Shown: positions 46,020 through 60,808 of the stretch, piece after piece
Layout of the letters: each line of letters opens with the position of its first letter
Numbering within the stretch: position 1 is the first letter of the stretch
Source of the DNA: Azolla caroliniana
Lineage: Eukaryota; Plantae; Polypodiophyta
Length of the DNA: 64,000 nucleotides
Assembly: GCA_043228905.1 (NCBI GenBank)
Contig: JBHGNT010000015.1
Coordinates: 8,928,001-8,992,000 of the forward strand
Reading direction: 5' to 3'
Position numbers and translations under genes: made by a program
The notes under the pieces: generated by a model
What the model was told of the DNA's origin: nothing
What the model saw: the letters and a program-made list of their open reading frames with translations, nothing else
Databases searched by the model: none

Positions 46020-49010
46020 ATGATCGCTAAGGTCAGACAATGGCCTAACACAGGGTGTCCGTTTGAGACACTTCACCAAAAGGGTGTTGCGGTGAGATAG
46101 AGTTAGCACAACTATTAATGGAACCCTAATTGGTCACTAAGTGGCAATATCATTAGTCACAATACACGTGTAGGATAAATTACACTTAGCACAGAACGGT
46201 AATTAACAATGATTAAGATACAAAACAACAACATTTTATTAATTATCCATTAATTATTACAATCTAGCCAACCCTTTTTATAGGTCTCCGGTTTAGGTAC
46301 AAACCGGTGCCAACTGGCAACCGTCTACGAACCGGTCCAGATCCGGATCGGCATACCAATTCCATGTCCGTCCGTTCGCTTCTCAAAATCATAATAATTC
46401 TATATAAATATATAATCAACTCCCGGTCATTAATTATCCCCTCGTTTCCCATTCCGGACTTCCATTTCCGGCCGGCTAACACATGGCACGCCCGTGGGAC
46501 AGTACCTTGTACGTTGAATACCACTATCCGGCCTTCATTCATCCTCCAAAATGTCCAGAATACTGTGATCTAAGGGTTGCAATGGCTCCTCAGGAAGCTA
46601 TTCTGTCGTCTGCTGCTGTTGTTCCCCCTCCTGTTAGAGTCATTGTAGCACACTCCGTTTCCGCATGGTACTGCACTTTCAGGTCTAGTCGCTCTTTTGC
46701 TGCTGTTGCCGCCACTTGTTTCGCTTGTTCGGCTCCCTTCGACTGCTCTTCCAACACTACTGCCATCAACCGGTTAACTTCCTCTCAGAGTTCTCTACAC
46801 TTTTCTTGATGCCGGTCACTTTCGGTAGTGAATTTCTTATGATCGGCATCCAAATGCTTATAATCCCGGTGCAGTCAATCAAAGTTGTTGGTTTTCTCTT
46901 TGAGCTTTTGATTCATGAACCAGCGAGCGCGGTCCTCATGGTCTTTTTGTTTCCGGAGCTCTTCTTTGAGTCGCTCAATCTCCACTTCCACCATCCTCTG
47001 GAGTTTCTCTTTTTCTTGCAGGAGTTTGTCTTTCTCTTCTTTCAGCCGATCATACGCTTGATGCCCTCTTCTCAAGCTTTCCTTTGTTTAGCGGAGGTTG
47101 TCGGCCGTTCTCCTTTGTTCCTCCTCTGCCACTTTTTTCAATTCTCGTTCGCTGGCTCGTAAGGCTTCTTGCGCTGCCAGGGCTTCCATTAGTGTGGCAA
47201 GCTCCTGTGCTGCCGAGTCATGAGTATCTAGGCCCGTTGCCGTTACCAGGGTTTGATCGTTCTATCGAGTTACCTGGGCCACCGGTTGTGATTGTTGTGG
47301 TCCTTTTATGACCAACTTGGCCATGTCTGTTTTGGCCTTCTCTATGTCTTCTTCCATGATCTGGATTCTTGACCGGGCCATCTCTAATTCCTCGGTTGTG
47401 GCTAGCAATCGGACTTCCTGCACTTTTTCTTCCGCTTCTAACTGGCTGACAACACCAATCACTTATTCTTCTACCCATCGAAGCCATCGACTGCCGAAAC
47501 CTTGTGGTCGTGTTGGTTCTAGTCGTGGGATGTTGTTTCCACTGGTCACGAGCCCACTATTGACAGTTACATCACACAGCCGCTCCCATTCTGGCTGTTG
47601 CTGCTGCAGCGGTGATGCCGGCAATTCAATGACCGGTTCTTGATTCACAGGGATTGTCGTGTCTTGGACCGCTGGTTCCATGATGTCTTGTCGCAACCCT
47701 TGCTCCGTTCCTGATTCTTGTTGAGCCAAGTTCTGCCGCCTTCCTTGGCTGCAGCTCCTTAGGGGAGGGTTCCCGTATATTGTCCTCCATTAGCCTTGAT
47801 GCCCCCCCTTCGTAGCCCTTTTCTCTAGTCTGGCGACGCCTTAGCAGCGTCTCGGTCGGCTCATCTTCCTGTTGTTCTTCTTCCAGGGTCTCATTGTTGA
47901 TTAACCCCGCCAAGGGGTCCTGCCCTTGCGTTTTCTCCAGTTGCTGGTCTGCTTGTTGTTCCGACAAGTGTAGCTTGATCTCCCCAAGGTGTCCACCGAT
48001 GCCTCCTTCTCTGCCAGCCGCTTCCGATTAGGCCGTTCCTTCGCCTGGGTAGCTAGGAGTTGCTGCCGTTTTGAAGCTGCTTTGGGGATCGCTTCTGTCG
48101 ATCTTCCCCTCTTCCTTTGTTTCATGGACTCCACCGGCGGTGCTAGCAAGGTGAGCCATTGCGCCACTATTGTCCACATCTTTTTGCCATCTTTTATCGA
48201 GACGATGGCAACACTCAGGCCATCGGCAATCATTATCGGCCAATCCACCTGTACTCCCTCGTAGGTGGCTATGATCAGACCGGCTCTATTCCTGGGCATT
48301 GCCGGTGGTCGGGGGTACACATGGCCATACTCGTGGAGTACCTGAGCGATTTCCTAAAACAAGAGATCTTCACCGCCTTGCATGCGGTACGCCTTGCTGC
48401 CCAGGGAGTATTCCCCAAAATACCTCTTCAGCAGCTCCGGCGAAGGGTTATCGATCGAGTAGATTCCCCCTTCAAGTAGGCAAGTCATGGCTTGGATGGC
48501 TTCCTCGGTGATGACCTCTGTGTCGATGTTTTTAACGAAATTTTCCACATCTCCATGTTGCGGTGTTTCGACTATCCGCAAGAATCCCTCTAGACCGTGT
48601 TGCTTCAGCCATTTCTTAGCCGCTTCTGAGAGTACCATGCATTCCATGTCGTCTTCAGAATCGGTTGGTTGTGGTAAGATGGGTGAGCCTGCGTGCTCTG
48701 CGTGCTCTCACCTGATCACTCGTAATCGCCTATGGACACTGAGATCTCTGTGTCCGCAAAATGAAAGGGACTTAGCGTAGCATGGGTTTTCTTTCTCCAT
48801 TCATGGCGCCTTTTCTTGATTCCCGCGCATGCACGTCCTATACTAATATAGCAGTCAATTGACACATGGTGCGCCTGTCTTTAAAAGCTTTAATTAGCCA
48901 CCCACCCCACCTTTTCAAAGTGCCCGTTCGCTCCTCGCCTCTGCAACCGGCTACGATCCGGTCTGGATTAGGATTGGCATACCAATTCCGTGTCCATGGT
49001 CGCCAAAAAC
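46020..49010 (-). mobile_element. family A unit A3: PBS, eORF only, tRNA mimic, LTR (46020-46481); gag-pol absent
   Basis: eORF fragments 46560-48800; TGGCACGCCCGTGGGAC at 46484-46500; PBS 48996-49005. Confidence 0.85.
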
Positions 49011-49468
49011 TGTGTTATCGCTAGGGCCGGACAATGGCCTAACACAGGGTGTCCCTTTGAGACACTTCACCAAAGGGGTGTGGCGGTGAGATAGCCTTAG
49101 ACCAACTATTAATGAAACCCTGATTGGTCACTAAGTGGCAATATCATTAGTCACAATACATGCGTAGGATAAATTAAACTTAGCATAGAACGGTAATTAA
49201 CAATGATTAAGATACAGAACAACAACACTCTATTAATTATCCGCTAATGATTACAATCTAACCATGCGCTTTTTATAGGTCTCCGGTTTTAGGTACAAAC
49301 TGGTGCCAACAGGCAACCGGCTACAAACTGGTCTGGATCCGGATCAGCATATCGATTCCGTGTCCATCCGTTCCCTTCTCAATTCATAATAATTCTATAT
49401 AATCAGCTCCGGGTTATTAATTATCCCCTCGTTTCCCATTCTGGACTACCCTTGCCATCCGGCTAACA
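49011..49468 (-). repeat. family A LTR shared between tandem units A4 and A3
   Basis: similar to 46020-46481; PBS on one side and tRNA mimic (49471-49511) on the other. Confidence 0.88.
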
Positions 49469-49733
49469 CATGGCATGCCCGTGGGAGAGTATCTTGTACG
49501 TCGAATCCCACGATCCAACCTTCATTCGTCCTTCAAAATGTCCGGAGTGCCCTGATCTAAGGGTTCCAATGGTTCTTCGGGAAGCTGTTCTGTAGTCTGT
49601 TCCTCCTCATGTTGTTCCTACAGCTGTGGCTGCTCTTCTTGCCGCTCCGGCTTCGGTTGTGGCTGCTGTTGGTTGATGTCCGTTGCCTACAGCTCCGTCG
49701 GTCTGACTGGCTCTGTATCCATTTCCGACTCGA

Positions 49734-50487
49734 TGACGGGAACTCAACGCTCCCTATACGCAACGCTCGGCCACAACCGAGCTTAGGATCATACACAGAA
49801 AATTGGGAAATAAAACACGACAAGAAGAAGAGGGAGATACACAGGAGGTTTACGTGGAAAACCCCAAACTAGGGGAAAAACCACGGCAGCCCACAGGCTG
49901 CAAACTGTCACTATGTAAGAATATACAACCGTGAGTTCACTGAGGCACCGACCTCGTGCTCACAGATCTTCGCCACAGGCGGCGGTTACAAGAGAGGCAA
50001 CGACCTCTTTCTCTCTCTCTCTCAACCTCTACACAGTTACACGCTCTCTCTTCTTGCACCAACAAGAAAATGACAACAACTTACTAAAAGTTTGCCCTAA
50101 GTCATATTTATACTAATATGACTTTTCGGCTATTTACAAAATATAGCCTCGATGGGCTCTCAGAAAATATTTACGAATATGTCTCTTCCTCTGGTTCTCA
50201 CCGGGTCTGCGTCATCGGGCTCTCCGTAGCCGGGTGCTCCTCATTCGGTTCTCACCAGGCCTGTACCATCCGGCTCTCCGTAGCCGGGTACTCCTCATTC
50301 GGTTCATACCGGGCTTGCACCATCCGGCTCTACGTAGCCGGGTACTCCTCATCCGGTTCCGGGCCTGCACCATCTGGCTCTTCGTAGCCGGGTACTCCTC
50401 ATCCGGTTCATGCACCATCCGGCTCTCCATAGCCGGGTACTCCTCTTCCGGTTTCGCTTCCCATTCGGAGGGACCTGTCTCCCAACA
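49734..50487 (-). repeat. 3' LTR of C2
   Basis: direct repeat of 54559-55262; contains the tandem repeats. Confidence 0.93.
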
Positions 50488-50497
50488 AACTCCCCCT

Positions 50498-53400
50498 TCA
50501 CTCCGGCATGGGCAAATCTTCTTCCGGCATGCGTTCAGCTTGTCGGGTGTCAGGACTTTGGTCAGCAAATCTGACCCGTTCTCGGCCGTGTGGATCTTCG
50601 TTAGCGCGAACTCTTGATCATCTACTCTTTCCCGGATCCAGTGATACCTTCGCTGGATATGCTTCGTCCGGGAATGGTAGGCCGCATTCTTAGCAAGGTG
50701 GATGGCACTTTGACTGTCGCAATAGAGTCGGTATTCCTCTTGCCGGATACCGAGCTCTCCGATGAAGTCCTTCATCCATAATCTTTCCTTGCCGGCTTCC
50801 ACAACCGCCATGTACTCCTTCTCTGTGGTTGACAATGCAACCGTCTTCTGCAGCCTCGACTGCCACGAAACAACTCCCCCTGCATATGTCATCACATACC
50901 CGGATGTAGACCGGCTGGTATCCACATCAGCCGACATGTCCGAATCAGTGAAACCGTCCAGTTGAGGTTTTCCGGAGCCGAATCGGAGACACATATTTGA
51001 AGTGCCCTTCAAATACCGGAGTATCCATTTGACCGCGTTCCAGTGCTCCTTGCCGGGATTACTCATGAACCGGCTCACCACTCCAACTGCGTATCCTATA
51101 TCTGGTCAGGTACACACCATTGTGTACATCAAGCTCCTGACGACAGAGGCATATGGAATCTTCATCATATCCGACTTCTCTGCTTTCGTATTCGGGGTCT
51201 GCTTACCGGATAGCCTGCAGTTGCCGGAAGTGTCGATCCGACCGGTTTCGCTTGTGACATGTGTAATCGGTGAAGCACCTTTGTCACGTACTTCTCTTGT
51301 GACAGCCATAATTGCTTCGCTGACAGGTTCCGGATGATGTGCATTCCCAACATCTGTCTTGCCGGACCCAAGTCTTTCATTGAGAAGGTCCAGTTGAGAG
51401 CCTTCTTCAACATCCGTATCTTGACTTGGTCACGTCCGACGATCAACATGTCATCCACGTACAGGAGGAGTATCAGGAATTCGCCTCCTTCGAACTTCTT
51501 CACAAACACGCAGTTATCGGTCTGCGTCTTGTGGTACCCTTGATCGGTCATGAAGGAGTCAAACTTCCAGTACCATTGCCGGGGGGGCCTGCTTCAACCC
51601 GTAGAGGCTCTTCTTCAAACGGCATACCAGGTGCTCCTTCCCTTTCTCCACAAATCCCTCCGGTTGTTGCATGTAGATCTCCTCTTCGAGGTTGCCGTGA
51701 AGGAATGCCGTCTTCACGTCCAACTGTTCTACGTCGAGGTCCATGCTTGCCGCTATACTCAGCACGGTCCGGATGGAGGTCATCTTTACTACCGGGGCAA
51801 ATATCTCGTCGAAGTCCACGCCCTTCTTCTGCTGGAACCCCTTCACCACGATCCTGGCTTTGTATCTCGGGGGGTTGCCAGCATCTCCCGGTTTCAACTT
51901 GTACACCCACTTGTTTCGGAGTGCTCGCTTTCCTTTCGGCAACTCCACCAATTCGTATGTATGGTTCTCATGCAGGGAATCCATCTTCTCCTGCATGGCA
52001 GTTAACCATTTTCGGCTGTGGGTGTCATCCTCCGCTTCTTTGAAGCTTTCCGGCTCCCCCTCATCGGTCAACAGAACATGCTCTGCATCCGGAAATCTCC
52101 GGGGGGGCCTTCTCTCTCTGAGAGGATATCTCCGTCTTTGGGCTTCTGTAGCCAGCTCCTCCATTTGCTCTGCATCCGAATCCGATTCGGGGTCTTGGCC
52201 AGTTCCGGTCTCAGCTTCCTCTACTTCTTCTTCTGCCGGTTTTGTATCCTCACCGTAACCGGCTGGTTCCTCGAGTGCTAACCGGTCTCTTGCCGGTTGG
52301 GTCTGCTCATCGTAGAGTCTATCCTTACCAGTCGACTCGGAGTTCATTATCTTCTTCTCCGACTCCCAGTCGGCGAGCGTCTTGTCCTCCATGAAGATAA
52401 TATCTCGACTCCGGAATACCTTCTTGTCGACCGGGTCCCACACTCGGTAGCCGAACTCATCGTCACCGTAACCGAGGAATATGCATGGCCGGGTCTTTGG
52501 ATCTAACTTTCCTCTCCGATCCTTTGCTACATGCACATACGCGAGACACCCGAACACCTTCAGATGCCGGTAGGACACTTCCTTACCGGTCCATACTCTC
52601 TGTGGCGTGTCTCCGTCCAAGGGTACTGAGGGTGATCTGTTTATCACGTATGTCGCTGTCGACAGTGCCTCAACCCAAAACTTCTTGGGTAGTCTTGCAT
52701 GCGCTAGCATACTCCGGACCCTCTCCATTATGGTCCGGTTCATCCTCTCAGCTAGTCTGTTTAGTTCCGGCGTCTTCAGCACGGTAAATTCGAGCCGGAT
52801 TCCCTTCGAGCGGCAGTACTCCTCGAACTGCCCCCGGTATTCTCCTCCGTTATCTGCTCGAACCGCCTTCAGCTTTCGGCCTGTTTCTCTTTCCACTCTC
52901 GCGTGGAGCTCTTTGAAGACGGATAACACCTGATCCTTCGTCTTCAACGGTGTGGCCCACAGCTTCCGACTGTGGTCATCTATGAACGTCACGAAGTACT
53001 GCGCTCCGGCATGTGACTTCGTGTCTACTTGACGCACATCCATATGCACCAACTCCAATGCTGCATTGCGTCTCATCGGTAGCCTTGGTCGGAAGGAGGT
53101 CCGGTTCTGCTTACCGGCCAGACAATCAGTGCACTTCTCTAAGTGCACGTTCTTCACTGGAATGAGGTTGTCGTCTGCAAGCCTCTTCATCCCCTTCTCG
53201 CTCATATAACACAACCTCTTGTGCCACAGCTCATCGGCAGTGTCGGATGCCAGGTTCACTTCTTCCGGACATAACCGGGCATTCATCAGGTACAGTGTGT
53301 TGACCTTCCGGGCCTGAGCCACAATCAGGCTCCCTTTGTTGAACTTCATGACACCGTTCCGGATACTACCCGTGTAGCCTTCATCATCTAGCCGACCGGC

Positions 53401-54528
53401 TGATATCAGGTTCAGACGAACCTCCGGAACGTGTCGGACATCCTTCAGCAGCAACTTGCATCCGGTTGGTGTTGTCAGCCACACGTCTCCTATGCCGAAA
53501 ATTCGGCATGTACTTTCATTCCCCATCCGGACACAGCCGTGGTCACCGGCTGAGTAGGATGAGAAGCATTTCCGGTCCGGGGTAAGGTGGAACGATGCTC
53601 CGGAGTCTACCACCCAGGTCATCTCGTCGCCGGCAAGGTTTATCTCACTCTCCTCGGTGATGAGCATCAACTCTTCTTCACTTGCCGCGATTGTCGTCAT
53701 TCCCTTCCGGTCCGTCCCCTTCCAGTCTTTACCGTTCCGGTCCGGGGTCCGCTTCGAATCGGTACCGTCGGTTTCCTTGTCTTTACGGAAATGCCGACAG
53801 TTCTTTTGGAAGTGACCCGGCTTGCCGCAATTGAAGCAAGTGGGCCTCCCCCTTGACTTTGACCGTGTCCCCGACTTCTCCCGGTTCTGGGGACTACGGT
53901 TTCTTCGTCTTCCGCGTTCCGATTCGGCAAGGAGCGCTTTGGAGTCGGAGCTCGTATCTTTGTCTTTCCGACGCACCTCCTCATCTAGCAAGCTCGACTT
54001 TACTCTTCCTAGGGATAACCGTTTTCCTTCCGGCCCGGTGTTACCCAAAGTGACAACCAACGTCTCCCAGCTATCCGGGAGGGAACCGAGCAGGAGTAGC
54101 GCTAGTACCTCATCGGCAAGAGGTACTTCCAATGACGTTGCCTGGTGTATCAGCCCTTGGAAGGCATTCATATGCTCCGCCATGCAGGAGCCATCTTGGT
54201 ACCGGAGTCTTACTAGCTTCCGGAATACCGAAACCTGATTAACAGCATTTTTGTTTTGAAACATTATGCCGATCTTCTCCCAGAGCTCATGAGCCTTGCT
54301 CTCTTCATTGAAGTTGTTGTACAGGCTCATGTCGATGAAGCACCGTATGTATGTCGTCTTCATGTGCATCACCTCCCATATCGCGGCGTCGATTTTGTCC
54401 AGTCTCTTGTCCCCGAACTGAACCGGCAGCCAGAGGTCTTTAACCACGAGCATGTCCCTCATCTTCGACTTCCATACCGAATAGTTGGAGCCGGTGAGCT
54501 TGAACATGCCGCCAAATGATTCGTCCAT
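50498..54528 (-). pseudogene. C2 gag-PR-INT-RT-RH polyprotein with frameshifts in RT and RH
   Basis: 1010-aa ORF 51559-54591 (CFNCGKPGH, VDSGAS, FIDDHS, ADNGGEY) plus 51165-51551 (YVDD) and 50212-51081. Confidence 0.93.
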
Positions 54529-54558
54529 ATTTCTGTGTCGATTCGCTCTGATACCACT

Positions 54559-55262
54559 TGACGGGAACTCAACGCTCCCTATACGCAACACTCAGCCACA
54601 ACCGAGCTTAGGATCATACACAGAAAATCGGGAAATAAAACACGACAAGAAGAAGAGGGAGATACACAGGAGGTTTACGTGGAAAACCCCAAACTAGGGG
54701 AAAAACCACGGCAGCCCACAGGCTGCAAACTGTCACTATGTAAGAATATACAACCGTGAGTTCACTGAGGCACCGACCTCGTGCTCACAGATCTTCACCA
54801 CAGGCGGCGGTTACAAGAGAGGCAACGACCTCTTTCTCTCTCTCTCTCAACCTCTACACAGTTACACGCTCTCTCTTCTTGCACCAACAAGAAAATGACA
54901 ACAACTTACTAAAAGTTTGCCCTAAGTCATATTTATACTAATATGACTTTTCGGCTATTTACAAAATATAGCCTCGATGGGCTCTCAGAAAATATTTACG
55001 AATATGTCTCTTCCTCTGGTTCTCACCGGGTCTGCGTCATCCGGCTCTCCGTAGTCGGGTGCTCCTCATCCGGTTCTCACCGGGCCTGCACCATCCGGCT
55101 CTCTATAGCCGGGTACTCCTCATCTGGTTCATACCGGGCCTCCACCATCCGGCTCTCCGTAGCCGGGTAGTTCTCATCCGGTTCATGCACCATCCGGCTC
55201 TCCGTAGCCGGGTACTCCTCTTCCGGTTTCGCTTCCCATTCGGAGGGACCTGTCTCCCAACA
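54559..55262 (-). repeat. 5' LTR of C2
   Basis: direct repeat of 49734-50487; abuts PBS. Confidence 0.93.
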
Positions 55263-58200
55263 CTCGACTGGTCTTACCGAACCTTCCTCCTTTTTCGGCT
55301 ATACCGAGCTTGGCGTATCCTAGTTCGGCTGTTCGGCGTGCACTGGTTCCTGCAGATGATCTTCCTTTAGCAGCTCCTCCTAAGTATTATCTAGTTGGCT
55401 TCCCCCGGCTTTAATCGACGTTTGTTCTAAAGATGGCTCCTCGTCACTAATGCTAATCGCCGCAGTTTTCTTGACCACTTCATGATGTTGCCGTTCCCTT
55501 TCATACTTCTCAAAACGGAGTTGGTTGTCCAATTGGTCATCATCCAACTGTGCCACTAACTGGCATACCGCCGACCTCTGCTCATCAGCCAAGGATATGA
55601 AATCATCCACCAGTTCCTCTTTTATTGCTTCAATGCTTTCTTTATCCAAGATGTAAACTTTGTCACCCTCTTTCCACCGATTCTCCGCATCTACTCGTAG
55701 CAACTACAGCTCTGCGGCCTGCTTAGCCCACTTTGACCACCATTGTACTGAGCTTTCTTCCACCAATTGCTTCGTTTGATTCCTCCATGCCAGTACGATG
55801 GCTCGGATCCGCCCCAGCCCCATCTTCGACTTGTTTTCAGCAGCCTATTTTTCATCCTTCAATTGTTTGATCAGGCTTGCGGTTGCCACTTCTTGGCTTC
55901 TGTAGTGCATGAGCTGGGTCTGATATGTCATCTGAACCTTGTTTAGAGTCCTTGTAGCACGCTCCATTTCCGCATGGTGTTGCACTTGCAGGTCCAGTCT
56001 CTCTTTCGCTGCTGCCGCCAGTTGTTTCGCTACTTCGGCTCCCTTTGACTGCTCTTCCAGCACTGCCACCGTCAACTGATTAACTTCCTGCCGAAGTTCT
56101 CTACACTTTTCCTGTTCCCGGTCACTTTCAATAGTCAATTTCTTGTGATCGGCATCCAAATGCTTATAATCCCGATGCATTCGATCGAAGTTGTCGGTTT
56201 TCTGTTTGAGCTTTTGATTGATAAGCTGGCGAGCGCAGTCCTCACGGTCTTTTTGTTGCTGGAGCTCTTCTTTGAGGCGCTCAATCTCCACTTCCACCAT
56301 CCTCCGGAGTTTCTCTTTTTCTTGCAGGAGTTTGTCTTTCTCTTCTTTCAGCCAGTCATACGCTTGATGACCTCTTCTCAAGCTTTCCTCTGTTCGGCGA
56401 AGGCTGTCAGCCGTTCTCCTTTGTTCCTCCTCCATTGCTTTTTTCAATTCACATTCCCTGGCTCGTAAGGCTTCTTGTGTTGCCAGGTCTTCCCTTAGTG
56501 TGGCGAGCTCCTGTGCTAACGATTTATGAGTATCCAAGCCTGTCGTCGTCACTGGGGTTTGATCGTTCTGTAGAGTTAACGGGGCCACCAGTTCCGATTG
56601 CTATGGTCCTTCTATGACCAACTTGGCCATTTCTGTTATGGCCTTCTCTATGTCTTCTTCCATGCACCAGATTCTTGACGGGGCCATCTCTAATTCCTCT
56701 GTTGTGGCTAGCAATCGGGCTTCCTGGGCTTTCTGTTCCACTTCTAACTCGCAAACAACACTAGTCACTTGTTTTGCTACCCATCGGAGCCATCGACTAC
56801 CGGTGCCTTGTGGTCGTGGGATAGCGTTTTCACTGGTCACAAGCCTACTATTGACGGTTATGTCACGCGGCCGTTCCGGTTCTGGCTTTTGCTGTTGCGG
56901 CGGTGATGCTGGCAATTCAATGACCGGTTGTTGATTCACCGGTACTACCGTTTCTTGGACCGCAGGTTCCGCGATGTCCTGTCACCGCACTTGCTCCGTC
57001 CCCGATTCTGGTTGAGCCAGTTCTACCGCCTTCCTAGGCTGCGGTTACTCAGGGAGGGGTTCCTTTAAACTATCCTGCGCTAGCCTTGACGTCCCGTCCC
57101 CCCTTCATGGCCTTTTTCACTTGTCTAGCGATGCCGTAGCAGCATCTCGGTTGGCTCGTTTTCTTGTTGTTCTTCTTCCAGGGTCATGTTGTTGATTAGC
57201 TCCGCCAAGGGGTCCTACCCCTACGTTTTCTCTGGTTTCTATTCTGCTTGTTGTTCCAATAAGGGAAGCTTGATTTTCAATGGTCTCCCCGAGGTATCCA
57301 CCGATGCCTCCTCTACCATCCGCTTCCGATTAGGCCGTTCCTTCGCCTGGGTAGCCAGGTGTTGCAGCCATTTGGAAGCTTCTTTGGGGGTCGATTCTAT
57401 TGGTCTTCCCCTCTTTCTTTGTTTCGTGGGCTCTACCGGTGGTGCTAACAAAGTGAGCCATTTGCGCCACTACTGTCCACATCTTTTTGCCATCTTTTAT
57501 TGAGACGATGGAGATGGCAGCGCTCAGACCGTCGGCAATCATTACTGGCCAATCCACCTGTACTCCCTCGTAGGTGGTTACGACCAAACCGGCTCTACTC
57601 CTGGGCATCGCCGGTGGTCGGGGGGGTATACATGGCCATACTCATGGAGTACCCGAGCAATTTCCCGAAACAGAATGTCTTCACCGCCTTGCCTGCGGTA
57701 CGCCTTGCTGCCTAGGGAGTATTCCCCAAAATACCTTGTCAGCAGATCCTGCAAGGGTTGTCGATTGAGTAGATCCCCCCTTTTGGCAGGCTGGTCATGG
57801 CTCGGATGGCTTCCTCGGTGATGACCGCCGTGTCGATGTCTTTAACGACATTTTCCTCATCTCCGTGCGGTGGTGCTTCGACTATTCGCAAGAATCCCTC
57901 TAGACCATATTGCTTCAGCCATTTCTTAGTCGCTTCTGAGAGTACCATGCATTCCATGTCGTCTTCGGAGTCGGTAAGTTGTGGTAAGATGGGTGCGCTT
58001 GCGTGCTCTCCCGTGATCACTCGTAATCGCCTGTGGACGCTGATATCTCTGTGTTCGCAAAATGAAAGGAACTCTGCGTGGCACCTTTTGTGGATTCCCG
58101 CGCATGCACATCCTGTACTAATATAGCAGTCAGTTGACATGTGGTGCGCCTGTTTTTAAAGGCTTTAATTAGCCACCCACCACACCTTTTCAAAATGCCC

Positions 58201-60808
58201 ATTCGCTCCTCGCCTCTGCATGATGACTTTTTTTTTCTTTGTTTTTTTAATTGAGTTTTAGTTAGCCAGAAGCACTGAGTCTGTATCCCAGTTTTTCCCC
58301 ATCTTCACGTTTGTCGGCCACTTGTTTGTAACAAGTGGTTATCCGGTAATGCCGGCTCTGCCTGACTATCGGGTACTTCTTTCCTGATTCCCACTGTTGT
58401 ATCTGCCTCTGTATGCTCGAATGGATTCTGTGGCATAGGTCCACAATATGGTTTTAGTCGAAACCCATTGACCCATTTGCCCGTTATCTCACCGGCGAGC
58501 TTTCCAAGCTAGTATGACCCGTTAAATTCCCACGTTATCCAATACGGTCCGGTTCGGTCCACTGGAACCGTAGCTTCCCCAACATCTGACCCATCCGAGT
58601 CTGGAACACCAGTACCGGCTTGCCGATCCCGAACATCTTCTCATTACCCTTCCGGTGCCGGTCGACAAACGCCTTCCTTCGTCGTTGCTCCAGTTCCAAC
58701 TGCATGAGACTTGCTATCCAATGCTCCTCGAGTCCACATAATGCGGCTAACCAGATTTTTTCCGATTCCTTTTCACTTAGTCGTTCTCTAACCTGTATCC
58801 GCAAACTTGGAACCTGAAATTCGATCGGCATTACTGCTTCAAGCCCAAATGCTAACTGAAATGGTGTTGACCGGATACTTGTTTTGTATGTCGTCCGGTA
58901 TGCCCATAGTGCACTCTGCAACTTGGTGTCTCGATCAGTTCAGTTTTCATTGACGATCTTTCACAAGATGTTTTGGAGCGTTTTGTTCGTGGATTCGGCC
59001 AGTCCATTGGCCTGTGGATAATAAGGGGTACTACTCTTGTGTACCACAGCATAGAATGTTGTTAAGCTCTCCACTACTTGACCGAGAAAATGTCTGCCTT
59101 GGTCGCTAACTAACTCAATTGGGCATCCATACCAGCACTAGATGTACTCATATAAGAACTTTGCCATTGATGTCGAGTGTTGTCCCGCAAAGCCTTGGCT
59201 TCTACCCACTTGGTGCAATAATCGGTGGCGACTATAACATATCTGTTGCCGGATCTCATTGCGGGAGGTTTAAATGGCCCAACGAAATCCAGCCCCCATT
59301 TCTGAAAGGGTTCTACGGGTAGCACTGGCTGGTGAGGCATCCTGCCTGTTCTGTTGGTTGGCCCATCCACTGACACAAATCACAGACTTTCGCATACTGA
59401 ACCGAGTCCTTTAGTGTCGTCGGTCACCATAGCCCGTTGTGCCATATTTTTCTTGCCGTAGCATCCCCGGCATAGTGCCGTCTGGCAATGCCACAGTGCG
59501 CTTCTCGTAAGATTGTGTCCTTTTCGTCACTTCGCACAGCTCGCCGCCATATGCCATCCACGCCTTTGTGGTACAGGGTGTCCTGTAGTAGACAAAAATG
59601 TCGGCTTTGCACCGCTAACCGCTTTCGCTCATCCCGGTTCATCTCCTCTAATGGGAGTCGTGTGCTTAGGAATTGATGCATGTTGGTTAGCCATTTGTCT
59701 TCGTCGACTACCGTGCCATCGACTGTTGTTTCTGCTGTTACTTTAAACAACTTGGCATCCGAAAACTCATCCGGGACTCCATCACTGGTCTTGCCAGAAT
59801 CTAACCGGCTCAGGTAATTGGCTTATTCCCGGCCGGTGATATATTTCGAACTCAAACTCTTGTCGCAACAATGTCCACCGGGCCAACTTGCCGGTGAACG
59901 ATGCCTTTGAGACCAAATATACTAGCGCTGAGTGGTCGACATGAAATGAGAATTTCTTTCCCAATAAATAGTGCCGGAACTTGGTAACACTATAAATCAT
60001 CCCTAAAGCTTCTCATTCCATTGTTGAATAATTCCGTTCTGCCTGGGATAGTTTCTGGCTAGCATAATAGACCGGTCGGTAACATTTCGGTTCCGTCAGT
60101 TGCATTAGTGCATTGCCGATTGCTATGCCGGACGCATCAACGAACATGTGGAATTCTTTTGACCAGTCTGGTGGTTGTACTACCGGTGCTTGTGATAGCA
60201 GTACTTTTAGTGCCCCGTAAGCCTCATCCTCCGAATTTGTCCATTGGAATGGTGTCTGGTGAACCGCGGCATGCAATGGTGTAGCAAGATCAGCCAAATA
60301 CTAGAGCATCCGGCTATGCCACCGGATTTGCCCTAGAAACTGACTCAAAGCTTTGGCCGTGGATGGCGCTAGTGCTTCTAAGATTGCTTTCACCTTATCG
60401 GGGTCTACCGTGATCCCGTCCTTGCTAACAAGATGGCCCAGCAATGCACCGCTTGTTACTCCGAACACACACTTTGCTGGATTCAGGCTTAGCCGATAAC
60501 TCTTGCATTTCTCGAGACATAGCCGGAGGTGTTGGAGATGTTCTCCTTCTCGGCTATACACGACGAAGTCATCCAAGAATACCTGCATGAATGCTAGAAT
60601 GAATTCACCAAATATTTCCATGATTATTCGTTGGAAGGTCCCCCGCGCGGTCTTGAGCCCAAACATCATTACCACTGCGACAAAGACTTCCCCATTCGGT
60701 GATGAAGGCCGTCTTGTCTTGGTTGTCGGGGTGCATCCTGATTTGATTGTAGGCACCGAAACCGTCTAGGAAGCAATACACTTCATGACCGGCTACCGCG
60801 TCCAACAC

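Larger units (their letters stand above)
49734..55262 (-). mobile_element. Ty1/copia family C, full-length copy C2 (Tnt1-like)
   Basis: two LTRs, TSD CTCGA (49729-49733 and 55263-55267), PBS TGGTATCAGAGC 54545-54556, PPT ~50488-50501. Confidence 0.96.
49469..60808 (-). mobile_element. family A copy A4: partial RT, RH, INT (58420-60808) and eORF (49560-58100), degenerate; hosts C2
   Basis: [17 protein letters not shown] fragments; eORF homologues 57739-58140, 55845-56588, 55380-55703. Confidence 0.9.
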
